Shown here: positions 52,325 to 64,000 of the stretch, in pieces
Layout: each line of letters starts with the position of its first letter
Numbering within the stretch: position 1 is the stretch's first letter
Assembly (NCBI RefSeq): GCF_004010195.1
Contig: NC_057718.1
Location: 40,358,712-40,422,711, forward strand
Direction of reading: 5' to 3'
DNA: 64,000 bases
DNA from: Chiloscyllium plagiosum
Lineage: Eukaryota
Notes under the pieces: model-generated
The model's input: only the letters and a program-made list of their open reading frames with translations
Databases searched by the model: none
Told to the model about the DNA's origin: nothing
Translations under genes and position numbers: made by a program

Positions 52325-55300
52325 TAGCAAGACTCTCTACCAAATTTCTCAAGCACTCCAGCATGTCCCATCATTATCCATAAAAACACCATCTCAGATC
52401 CATCAACGCCAGGGATTTCTTTAATGATACCAACAAGAATGCCCACACTTATTCATAAAACACAAGTTGAACACAAAGGAGATGTTGAAATCAAAGAACC
52501 CACTGTCTGAAGGGTCAGATTGGGCATGATGTTCAGCTGAAGAGTTGTGGGATGCAGACATTATATTCAGTGCATTCAAAGAATCATTTGTAAGTACAGA
52601 AATGTGATAATCCTATTAGCATCCAGTTGTAAAGGTGTACAGGAATGATGGTCACATTCCTTGTATTGTAGCCCATTCTGGAGCATATAGTAACTCCACT
52701 AAAATTCTCAGCAAAGGCTTTGGCCTTCATTACACACCTGCCTTCACCTCTGGTTTCTGAGTGTGTGCAGATTAGATTGATCTCACATCAGATTTAACTA
52801 ACTTCTGGTGCTGTCAGAACTGCCATGGGTCAGCTGGACTGTTGAACCAGGCTCCAGCAACAAAGGTAGAGTAGGAGCTGGCATACATACAAGTTCTATC
52901 ATCGAGACAATCCACACTTGATTATATTTGTCAGCTCTGCTTCCTGACTGCGTGAATACAAGAAGTCACACAGGATTATAAAGGATCTTGTTGCTAGAAA
53001 AGAAACTAGTAGTCGGGCATTAAGAAGGTACTGCTCCAGAAATTAGAGAAATCCTGTCTCAAAGGACATGCAGCAGGCTAGCATTTCCCTGGGAGAGCCA
53101 ACAGATGGGTAGCAAATGAGGTTATATTGTACATAAATCATATAATTACAATAAAGGGAAGCCTAGCATTTCCCAACATTAAGATTAATCAGCCAGAACA
53201 CTGCAATGTACAGAATAAATATCAGCAACAACATAAAGCTTTGGGGGTCACAAAAACCACAGGGAACAACAAAACTAGTGGATAGTTGGCAGAACTGGGC
53301 AGAAATACATCCTTATAGGTAGATGCTAGCAGAATTTGTCAGTGCCTCAATGTCCTTAATGCGTTCAAGGGTATTAACGGTCCATAGCAACATATGGTAA
53401 AAAATTCCAATCGGCAGAGTTCACATATGAATGCATTACACACTCACAATACATTCCTCTGTGTGCTATTATTCTGCAGGTGTTAACATGTTTATAGCAC
53501 ACACAGGAAGGTAGAATGAGCATGCTGAGCATTCATGCGTGACCTTTATTGACTGGAAATTCTTTTCTCATTACCACACATTTATTGAGAAATAATCTGC
53601 ACTTGATTGCTAATATATTTACAGTGCCATATTAGAGTTTCAATTTTTACCTATTACTTTCTCAACATGAGCAAGGGACCTGTACAGAGATGAATGCTAA
53701 TACAAGCGTGTAACTGGTCACAATAGTGGCTCAAAGTGCTTAATCCTCTGATTTTTCTTTCCTCCCTGTGGGAACATAGTTGACCAGCACTTGACACTTA
53801 CCTATTGTAGAGCTAATTGGCTAAATAGGTTATTTCCAGTGCCGGTGAACAGTTAGACTTGTGCCTTTCTGGAGTAAGACTCCATTCATTTAAAAAGTAT
53901 TTGCAGTGGTATTAGAACCATCTTTGAGTTGGGTTAATATTGCTCCTTCTTACTTGCCATCAGAGAATAAAAAGTTTTGTCCTCAAAAAATGCAGCTGTG
54001 GTGTGGCTTATATTTCAGTGACTCAAATCTACATGAGCTAAAGCAAATAATATTAACACCAAAAAAAATGAAAAGAAAGATGTGCACTTATGTCATGTTT
54101 TTCATGTCCTCAGGTTGTCACAAAGCTCTTCACAGCTAAGTGCTTCCTTAAGTGTTGTCACTGAAGCCTTAATTATTGCCCAAAAGTGAAGAGCTTTTTT
54201 TCTGTTTGACCTCATTGAATGTTGTCAATTGCCTCTGATGGGTAACTGGAATCTGCCAGTGCTGGAACTTCAAAGCTGTTACACATTCTGCCATTAGTTT
54301 TTGATTTATTATTGTTCTGTTTAATTTTGCTGATAACACAAAGACTCTTTCATCTGAAAGCCTGGCATATACAATGATTTATCTGTTATAGTTTTCCATC
54401 TCATTGTCACGTTGTATTTACCAGGGGTGGTCTTGAGCTGCCTTGCTCTCTGCTGAAACTGTTTATTTTCCAAGGTTCAGCAACGATGTGTCTTGGGATC
54501 CAAAATGGCACAGCATTTGGTCATTTAATTATAGCCATATTCTTTACTTCCCAGTTGCAGTATTCAACATCACCAGGATACTTCAGATCACTGGTCTTAT
54601 TCATCAAGAGGCCTTGGGCAAGGTGCTGGCCTCATGACAACCTATGGCTGCCAAGTCAGATTTGGCTGGTTGCCTTTGTGCAATGAATGATTGGGCCAAA
54701 ACACACAGCTACAGGAAGGATACTGCTCACATCAAAGGCTGAGGGTCATTTCTTGTTTGACTGCCAACTGGGAGGACTTGAAGTGGATGACATGACCAAT
54801 AACATCCCCCATGCTGTAGCTGAAGCCATAAGCTAACTGAAAGAGCTGGTTTACTGCTTGTTCGCTCAGAAGTGTCCTGTTGGATAACTGCAAAGGAATG
54901 GAGAGAGCTGTCAGGTAGATGCACATGGATGTTAATTGAAACCTCTTTAAATAATCAAGAGCAACACTTGTGAATTCTGATGGACCATTAAGGATTTGGA
55001 ACAGGTCAATGAATTGAGCTTACTTATGAAAGGACTGTACAGTTTTCTACTTATATTTGATATATTTTTCTCAGTTTTGGTCTCAGTGTACACCGAGCAT
55101 GCAAAGGCATATAGTACCATGACCCCTTACTCGACGACTAGTCAAATAATTTGCTGTGTATCCAGGGAATAAACTGAAACAATAAATGAATCATTAAACA
55201 GAAGTAATAATACGCTATAGATTTTCTGTATAAAATATGAAAATATAAACAAAGTATAAAAATGATCACATCTGCAGTGTAAAACTATAATGTAAAATGG

Positions 55301-58300
55301 ATCAGGCACAGTGTCCCTGATTAGTAACTTGCATTATTAACTTTTGTCCACACTAAGAAGTCCTGCAAATCATATATACATATATATATATTTAAATAAA
55401 ATAGTTTATTGCTTCTCTCAAATACCAGAGAAGTCATAGTGGTCAGAGACTTTTGCTATTACAGCATTATAGCACATCTTTGGTGGGGCAGGAAATATGC
55501 CATCCACGAGGATATGCTCCTAACACAGCTTGTTTTGTGGCTGTTTTCCAGAAATAAAGGGGCTTCATTACCTCTTTCAGATGACTCTCCTGTGGCAGAC
55601 AATGTCAATGGTAAGCCACAGGCTTTGCGGTCTACTTGAAGTTTAAATTCTATACTAGCCACTCATGGCTACCCCCCCCCCCCCACCATTGTAATTATCA
55701 GAAGAAATGTTAGAAGTGGTAAAGATGAGCAAGAAGTCAGCAGAGTGTCTCCTAAGCACTTGTCTATGAAAGTTGGTTCCAGTTTCCCAGAAAAATTGCT
55801 GTTAATGGAACAGAACATCTTGCTTAATGTGTGAGTTATGATACTTTCTATATTTTGATGAAATTTATTTTAATCCTAATGATTTGTACTGTGAGCATGT
55901 AATTAAACAGAATGAAAGCTAATTTTTGTGTTGTTATTTTCCCAGAAGATTATAAACAAAAATAATTTGTCGGAGTTAAAATGCTGGATTTTCATCTTCT
56001 TAATGGGTACTAGGAGTTGGGCAATTTTTCAACTACGTCTCTCCTACTTCAACACGGAAGAAAGATCCAACACTTCCCACTCCAGGGTGGGGGAGACGAG
56101 GTAGGTGATAATAGGTGTTGGCCCTATCACCCCAAAAAGAGTGAGGAGATAGCTACACAATGTGTTGGGTGCTCAGGCAGGCTGGTTAAGAGGTTCTTCC
56201 TTTAGGCGTTGGGTGCTGAGGTAGTGGCGGGGGAGGAAGGCCAGGACCTTTGAGCTCATTACAGCTCTGAGATGCCACAAACCACGAATTCTCAAAAGTT
56301 GGATTCATTTCCATGAAAATTGCAAAGTTCCAGCCTCATCGGAAATGCAATGTACATCCTTGTGACCCAAGCTGTCACACCTCAAACCCATGCTGGTGAG
56401 AATTGGAAACTTGGGAATGGAGTTGGATATCTAGAATCAGGTCCTAGCTGCCATTTTCACACCTCTGCAGTATTCCTCCAGTCCATGCAAATCCAGCCCA
56501 ACATTTCCATTCAGTTCTGATGACAGGTCACAGACAGGAAACATTAACTCAGTTTCTCTCCCTCAACAGGTGCTACCCTACCTGCTGAATATTTCCAGGA
56601 TTTTTTTTTGATTTCGGGTTTCCAGCATCTGCAGTCTCTGCTTTTTGAAATAACTTGTTAGTCTCCTTTGGTAATTGTCAATCTCTTCTTACCAATTGTG
56701 TTAGGAGGCCTCTGATCACAAGCAGCAAGCATGAATGATCAGGTAGGCCTTCTGTAGTGTCTGTGAATACATGAAGGTTTCAAAATGGAGTCAGACTCAT
56801 TCATTGACAGGAGATTCTGTGGACTAATGTAAGTGGGCTCTAACTAAATATGAAGACTATTAACTTTATATTGGACAGGCAGGTGTTGTATGTTGTGGCT
56901 CTAACCATTGACAGCTTGTGGTTGTGATGGGTGCTGCCACCAATCCTTCTTTTTATGTTAAATCAAAGGGCTTATCTAATTAGCAGCAGTAGAGAATAAA
57001 CCATTATTGCATCTTAACAAGAAGAGGCACTTATTCTACGCAACTTGCATGACAACAATATGTATCAATTACATCAACCAGTTAGGCATTACCAGAAAGG
57101 CTTATTAGCAGCCAGAGCTGACACATCTGTCTCCATCAGGACCTTGTGTTAGATGTCTTCTTATCTGCCTGATGATTTTGTGACAGCATCAGATTAGGTG
57201 GAGCTTAATGCTGTTTCCACATGAAGTCTTTCAGGACCAATTCCTAATACAGCACATGTGAATTTCTCTGTGACTTTTTCCATTAATTCTTAAAAATGAT
57301 ATTGTTAGATAATCTAGCTGAACAAAAGAGTGGTACCACATTTAATACCATAGAACTGCAACCCTATAAAAGCTAATCGCCTTGGGGAAATGAGTAACAC
57401 TGGCAAAAAAAACCAAGTTGCAAACAATAGTCTGTGGAATTGTTCTATGTAGCAGAACAATTTCAACAGTGTCTGTGTAATATTTCACTCAATGGGAAAT
57501 AGTTTTCATAAATAAATCTGTACTGGGCATTATTATGCTCAGCTGCATTTTTCTCTGTAAATTAATAACAGATGTTAAGCATTAAGAAAAAAAATAGCAA
57601 TTAATCTAATTTAATGGACAGGATAAATGAAATTAAGTTCAACTAATGATTGTGCATTACCTCTTGGAAATGTATTTTTGTGGGCCATTAAGTCCCATTT
57701 GAACTAGGGTCTATTATTTGCCCTCTGTAAGAGAACTCTTTACTTAACGAATCAGTCATTTTTTCTACGGCTGATGAAATCACTGTGATTTATGGAACTA
57801 TTGGAGATCATTAGCAATGATTATCCTGCAATCATAAAACATTTATAATATAGATTATGCATAAGGTCCAGGGTCCTCAACTGGTCCAACATGAATCAGT
57901 GATCGTAAAATTGAAGCACTAATCTACAATTTGGTTTTATAGCAGAACATCTAGTGACTCCATGGAGGTGTGTTGCAATATTTTGTGGTTGCTGCCTTGG
58001 TATCTTCACTTTTTCCCTTGTTCTAAGCATTGATAAAAACCTGCCTTGGATTATCAAAGACAGGGAGTTCTGGCATGACCATTTTCTATGTCCCAACTTT
58101 AAAAAGATAGAAAAAAATTTTGTAAATTTGCCAGCAAGTCCAACATGTCGTGCATATTTAAAATAAAGCTTGGCACTAACCAGAGTTAAAACAAAATGCA
58201 AACTGTGCAATCTCCAACTGGCGTGAGAGTCTTTGCTCGAGGAGGTCTCACATTTCCCTTTATTGCACTTGGAAGCCAAATCGCTGACCTGGTGTTTGAA

Positions 58301-61300
58301 CAAAATGGCAACTTGTGCATCAGTGCACATGTAAAATTGTTTTGCACTGACCTGAAGTGTAGCATAACCGTACTCTAATAAAAATATGAATTTCATTGAG
58401 AAGGAAATTATAGATTGTGGTTATAAGTAATGCAAAAAAGAATTATTGGAAGATGTTGAATGAGGCTACACTCCCACTGCACAGATCAATGCCAACAATG
58501 ACCATAGTTCGGCAGTTAGACTATTACGATTACTGACTCCCCATCCCATACTCACAAATTGTAAGACTTTTGAGAGTACTGCTTCACTGGACATGTCCCA
58601 TTATGTAGAGATGATGAATTTTATAAATTACAGATGAGAACAAGCAGAATTTTTTGGTAGATTGAATTGTCTCAGAATTCTGCCATGTCATCGAAAATCA
58701 GCTCAGATTTGGACTGACAAAAACCCAAAGAACTGCGGGTGTTGGAAGTCAGAAACAAGAACAGAATTGGTGGGAAAGCTCAGCTGGTCTGGCAGCATCT
58801 GTGAACAGAAAGCAGAGTTAACATTTCAGTCTAGTGATTCTTCAGAGACCTGAAATGTTAACTCTGCTTTCTCTGCTGCCAGGCTTGCAGAATTGTTTTT
58901 CAGCAATTTCTGTTTTTGTTTGTGATTTTGACTTGCCTGTTAGGAGACCTTCTTTTAGGAAAGACATTAAACTGAAATTCTGTCTCTTCTGGGTAGTCAT
59001 ATCAGATCCCATGGTATTGTTCCAGGGAGAGCAAAAGTTCTCCTGGCCAATGTTCATCCATCAATCAATAATATACAAAGGAAATGATCTCATTGCTGCT
59101 TGTGGGGACTTGCTGGAGAAGGGGCAAGTTGGGGGTAGTGGATTTTATGGAGCACGTGAGAATGGGAAAAGTTGCAGGTAGTGTGTACTAATTAGGCAGA
59201 AACTGAAATCGCACTTTCCAAATGGCAGGTTCCAAACTTAGGTATTAATCAGTGGTATGTTCATACCGGGTTAGACCTCATGCTATCCTGTGACAGATTC
59301 CCAATGTGATGTATTTGCATGTCATGAGTACTCATATCAAACCTTTTGTAATAATGTTCTACCTTCATGATGTCATTGGTGTATGGGTATCTCATGGCAT
59401 ATGGTTGCCTTTGCATAAAGGTGGTGTGCACCACTTATTTTGACTCTACGGCACAAGGGAGGGGAGCAATAAGTTTCTTGGAAGCTTGGGACTTGTGAAG
59501 TTGAGTAGTGAGAGGAGTGTATGGAAGGGTACTAGGCGTATGGATAAGAGGAAGTGGGATGCAACAGAGGACAGAAGGAGAGGTCAGGGACATGGAAGTG
59601 TTTGTGGTTATGATAATGAGAGGTGTGGATGTCACTACTGTCCCTTTGTGGGTCTATCTCAGAGTGTTGAGGGGCAGAGACCTTATGTGGGCTTATCTGC
59701 ATCATGGATATACCAAAAGGATTGCAGCAGTTCAAGAGGCAGCTTATCACCACCTCAAGGGAAACTAGGGATGGACAATAAATGTTGGCCTGGTCAGTGT
59801 TGCTCACGTCCCATGAGTGAACAACATTCCAATCATGTTTACTGAGTGTGATCTCGGGCAATGTCCTTCATAATGTAAAGAAGAGGACCCAACTGTGTCT
59901 GCAAGTTCAGCCATGTCCCACAGAATGCTGGATACAACACTGGTCATAAACATGGATAGTCAGTAAAGAGTGAATGTAAAAACGCAATGTAGTTTCTTTC
60001 ACAACAAAAAATCTTCTAAAGTCCCCTGTTAGCATCAATGTGTGCCAACCATGACACTAAACAGCATATTTAGCTCTCTGACTAATCTAATCTTAACATA
60101 TAATGATGGCGCATAGTGAATAAAGTGAAACCAATGTAATGTTTGAAATTGAAAATTGAAAACACTTGTGCCACTATAGTGTTCACTTTTGTTAAAGCAA
60201 ATCACTTGAACAAGAATGTTATAGTTGTGATGCAAAGCCACCCTACCTGTATAGCTCGCCTGTGCCTGCTACATTGTCAACTGGGTTATTTCACCGTAGG
60301 AAATTCATATACGATCTGATCATGTGTGTCATTTATCAATTAAATTTTAATTTTAATCAAGCGAAAGCAGCCAATAGGCAAGAAAATGAACATTGCCTTC
60401 ACTTCCTCCATCAGGAACAGGACACCACAGTTAAAATTCCGCCCGCTGTATGTGAATTGGCTGCTGTATTTCCCCACATTTTAAAATAACTTAATTGATA
60501 GTAATGTACACTGGGATGCTATGACATCATGAAAATTGCTGTATGAATATACATTCTTCCTTTTTTTTATTTAGTTGACTGCTTCATTATAGCAATGTTG
60601 GAAATTGTATGGAGAAATAAACTTTTGATTAGATGTTTCAAAAAAGATGTGAAAATGTTGCAGTTGAATTTCTGTGTTTAGGTAACACTGAATTCTACTG
60701 CCTGGTCTCACTTTGGCTTTATATACAACGCTTCCACGTGCTCTGAAGTGATCGGAAACAAATGTTAAGCTTTCAGATACTGTATTGGAGAGTCACCTTC
60801 CCAAATTAAGAAGCTTCTATAGACTGTAATGAAATACATTTTTAATATCCACAAGTCATGATAAGAAAAGCAAAGAAGACAGTGATAACCATAAAATAAT
60901 GAGTTGGTAATAAAATGTTAAATTACAGGAGAGGTTATGGAAGGGAAAGGACCATGTTGCAACCTCGTAATGAGATGAGAAGAAACAGCTATAAGGGCAA
61001 AGTTTCTCCAGGGGTGTCTCATCTGCTGGTAATGTATACAGAAATTCATATACACACCGCTCAGAATATCCCACTGAAATGAACAGGCCTATTAGGATGG
61101 TAAGTGGCTTGAAGAGGAATTTACAGGTAATGGTATTCCCATGTGTTTGCCACCCTGTTCTCCAAATGATGAGGGTTGTGGTTTAGAAGTTGCAGTCTGA
61201 CGAACTTTGGTAAATTTTGCACCTTGTAGATGGTACATACTGCTACGATTGAACATTGGTGTGGTGGGAATGAATGTTTGTTATGTCATGCCAATCAAGA

Positions 61301-62995
61301 GATTTCTTTGTTATGGATCAGTATCTAAAAGAATAGTAGCCAATAATTCATAGTTGATAAATGTTAAGAATGCCATAAAGTTTCTTAGTTGTGTGTGGTA
61401 TGATTTTGCAAGGTATTTGAATTGCACTAGGATCATTTTTGACACCTTGAGTCCTGAATGTTATCTAATGGTCATCTCCACAGGTAACTTCCAACTAACG
61501 TTACCTCTTCTACCTTTTGCTGTCAGGTCAAATTTATTTTCCATTGACTTTAAGTAGCATGTTGGCAATATAATGCATGGAAAAACTACTGGGCTTTGGT
61601 TATGTGGTCATGCTTTGGCCTGTAGCCAGTTTAACAATGTTGGGATGGAGATGATGGAATCTGTAAAATAAGAAGCAGTTTCTCAGAAACCTTTTCTTGC
61701 TTCCTTTCTGCTTTAGGTGATCACTGAGAACTTAGCCATGTTAAAATTAATTTGCTAAAGAGGTCTAACAGGTCTAAAGAAGCCTTACTTCAATTTAAAA
61801 AGTAACTGCTACCCATGAGCCAGAAATTGGAAAACAGTTCCAGTTCTTCATGATAATTGTCACTACCTGTGTCGAGACTTATAACTTTCAAAATGAAATG
61901 CAAATTTCAAGTTAATTAACTGAAAGGATGACACAAGATTTCAAATTTTAAGACTTTTACTGTAACAAAAGACTGATTAAACGTCATATTTGTGGGCAAT
62001 TTATACCTCAAACCATGTAACAAAAAACCCTCCCCTTTCTTATCTGTAAAATAACCTAAAATATTACACTTCATAGGTATATGTGAATTGCTTTCTCTAT
62101 AGACAATCAAACCTTTCAGAAACAATCGAAAATGCTAGTTCAAGAAGATTTACATCTGTTGTTTGCCCTTCTTAGCCTCGTAACTTATGACTCTACAACT
62201 CTTCTTCATGGCAGGAGTAATATTGGAGATTCCCCCTCTAGTGTTAGCTGAGTGATTCTTTCAGCCTCAAGACACTTATCATCAGTTGTATATTTTCAAC
62301 CTGAGCAAGCTTCCGTCCACAGTCCAGTACTGTGAATCATTGAAGGTCTTAGCCTATACATACTCTGTTGCTCCAGGATCCTGGCAGACTAAGCTCCCTG
62401 TGATATGCAGTGATATTTTAGCAAAATCTACAACCTAATATCACATTGGTTATCTCTGTGCTGTGTCCATCTCAAAGTCCATCAGTGTGACAACATAAAT
62501 CACCTGGGACATGTATCCAGGTAGGGATGTTAATTGACAATCATTGAAAGCTCATTTCAGAACTAAATGGACAATTTAAAGTTCAATCATTTACAATCCA
62601 TCATTTATAATACTTCTCTGAGAGTTTGGAAACTCATTCTGTCTATTGTTGGCACACAGGCTGTTGCAATCATCTTCAAGTGTAAACTTTCTTCTCAGTA
62701 AAACAATTTGGGTCTCTTATAGTCTCTAACAGCCATATCACCCAGGCAGAGAGATTTTAGAGCAGGCCAGATGTCATTTTATCTTCTGTTAAATACTGTT
62801 TTGGTAAACATAACAGTTTTATGAAGCTCATAATTCGAGTACAACTTGCAACCATTGAATTATAAATAGTCCAAAAGGGAATGTGTGTTGGATGACATTG
62901 CAGTAGGCATGCATTGAATCCATTCCCCACAGTCAAATGATGAAGGAATAGTATATAATAGAAAAAGAAGTAGTTGGCTTATGTAGATAATATCG

Positions 62996-63168
62996 CTGCT
63001 GAAAATGTGTTGCTGGAAAAGCACAGCAGGTCAGGCAGCATCCAGGGAACAGGAGAATTGACGTTTCGGGTATAAGAGATGGAAATGTGTTGCTGGAGAA
63101 GCGCAGCAGGTCAGGCAGCATCTAGGGAACAGGAGAATCGACGTTTCGGGTATAAGCCCTTCTTCAGG
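62996..63168 (-). mobile_element. Family A element, partial tandem dimer
   Basis: Two same-orientation units. Degenerate flanking repeat GGCTTATGTAGATAA / GGCTTAGTTAGATAA. Confidence 0.75.
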
Positions 63169-64000
63169 GCTTAGTTAGATAAAATGTCAATGAGGAAGCC
63201 TGAGCCAGCTTACAACATGATTTGGACAAAATCTAACTTTGTGCTGAAATGCCATAATTTTGTTTTGAATCACATGAATGTCAGGTAATAACTATCCAAA
63301 ACACAAAAAGTTGCAACTATGTCGCATAAACCTCAACATTGTCCAATTGTTTTAGCCTTCCACGATTAACATCTTATGGTCACCACTGACAATGTGCCTA
63401 ACTGGATTGGACACAAAAGCAATGCAGCTGTTAGGCAAGGCAGCGAGTGGGTACTCTGCAGTGGGTGAGCAACCTTGTGACACCACCATCTAGAGACTGA
63501 AATCTACAGTACAGAAGAATACTCACCACTTACAGCACTACAAGACAGAAGAATATGCCTGATTAGGACCTGTGCCACCCAAGCTAATCTCCACCCCTGT
63601 ACCACTGACAAACTGGCTGCAGTAGGCATCCTTGACAGGATGCATTGTAACAATACTGTGACTGATGCACCAAGCTATCATCAATGTTTCACCAAAAAGA
63701 ATGAGCATTACAATGATGAGTCATAATCCTGCTGATTTCCCTCTAAATCATGCACCACCTTCACTTGGTCAGGAACTCCTTGTTTGACTTTGAATCAAAA
63801 TCCTAGAATTATCTGCCTACCACCACTATGGGAGCACATTGCTGAGACAGCCAGTCCATTTCAGCTTATGGTCAATCATCATCCCCATGATATTGACAAT
63901 AGGATTTCAGGAAATGCTGCTTGCGTTGAAGATCAGGGCATAGCAGTTGTGTATTTTGCTGAACAAACACTGTACTGCCTCAGGAAGATTGCAACCATCA

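Noticed and set aside
57896..58396. 166-aa minus-strand ORF
   Set aside because: No recognisable domain or exon structure. Probably chance.

Overview
Eukaryotic, vertebrate genomic DNA, AT-rich and dense in repeats. The V-SINE/HE1-type SINE and the CR1-clade LINEs suggest a cartilaginous fish (shark); this is an inference. The + strand carries the last four coding exons of EPRS1 (prolyl-tRNA synthetase C-terminus, 1529-4471). It is followed by a complete four-exon SLC30A10/ZnT10 manganese exporter (ATG 13350 to stop 40047, 415 aa predicted, long 3' UTR to about 42.4 kb). The remaining ~21 kb has no recognisable gene. Repeats include many CR1 fragments (one long, young copy with ORF1 esterase and ORF2 that runs into a 634-N gap), SINEs, Tc1/mariner-type MITEs, and a decayed Harbinger transposase. 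Two things stand out. First, an orphan antisense, intron-containing fragment of a glia maturation factor (GMF) gene lies inside SLC30A10 intron 2. It is a 97-nt exon with intact splice sites plus a possible ATG-only first exon, and the ORF track misses it. Second, three families of short, often palindromic Penelope-like elements carry minimal hammerhead-ribozyme cores, and three copies of one family have exact 14-bp target-site duplications. Repeat boundaries were read by eye and are approximate unless a TSD is given.
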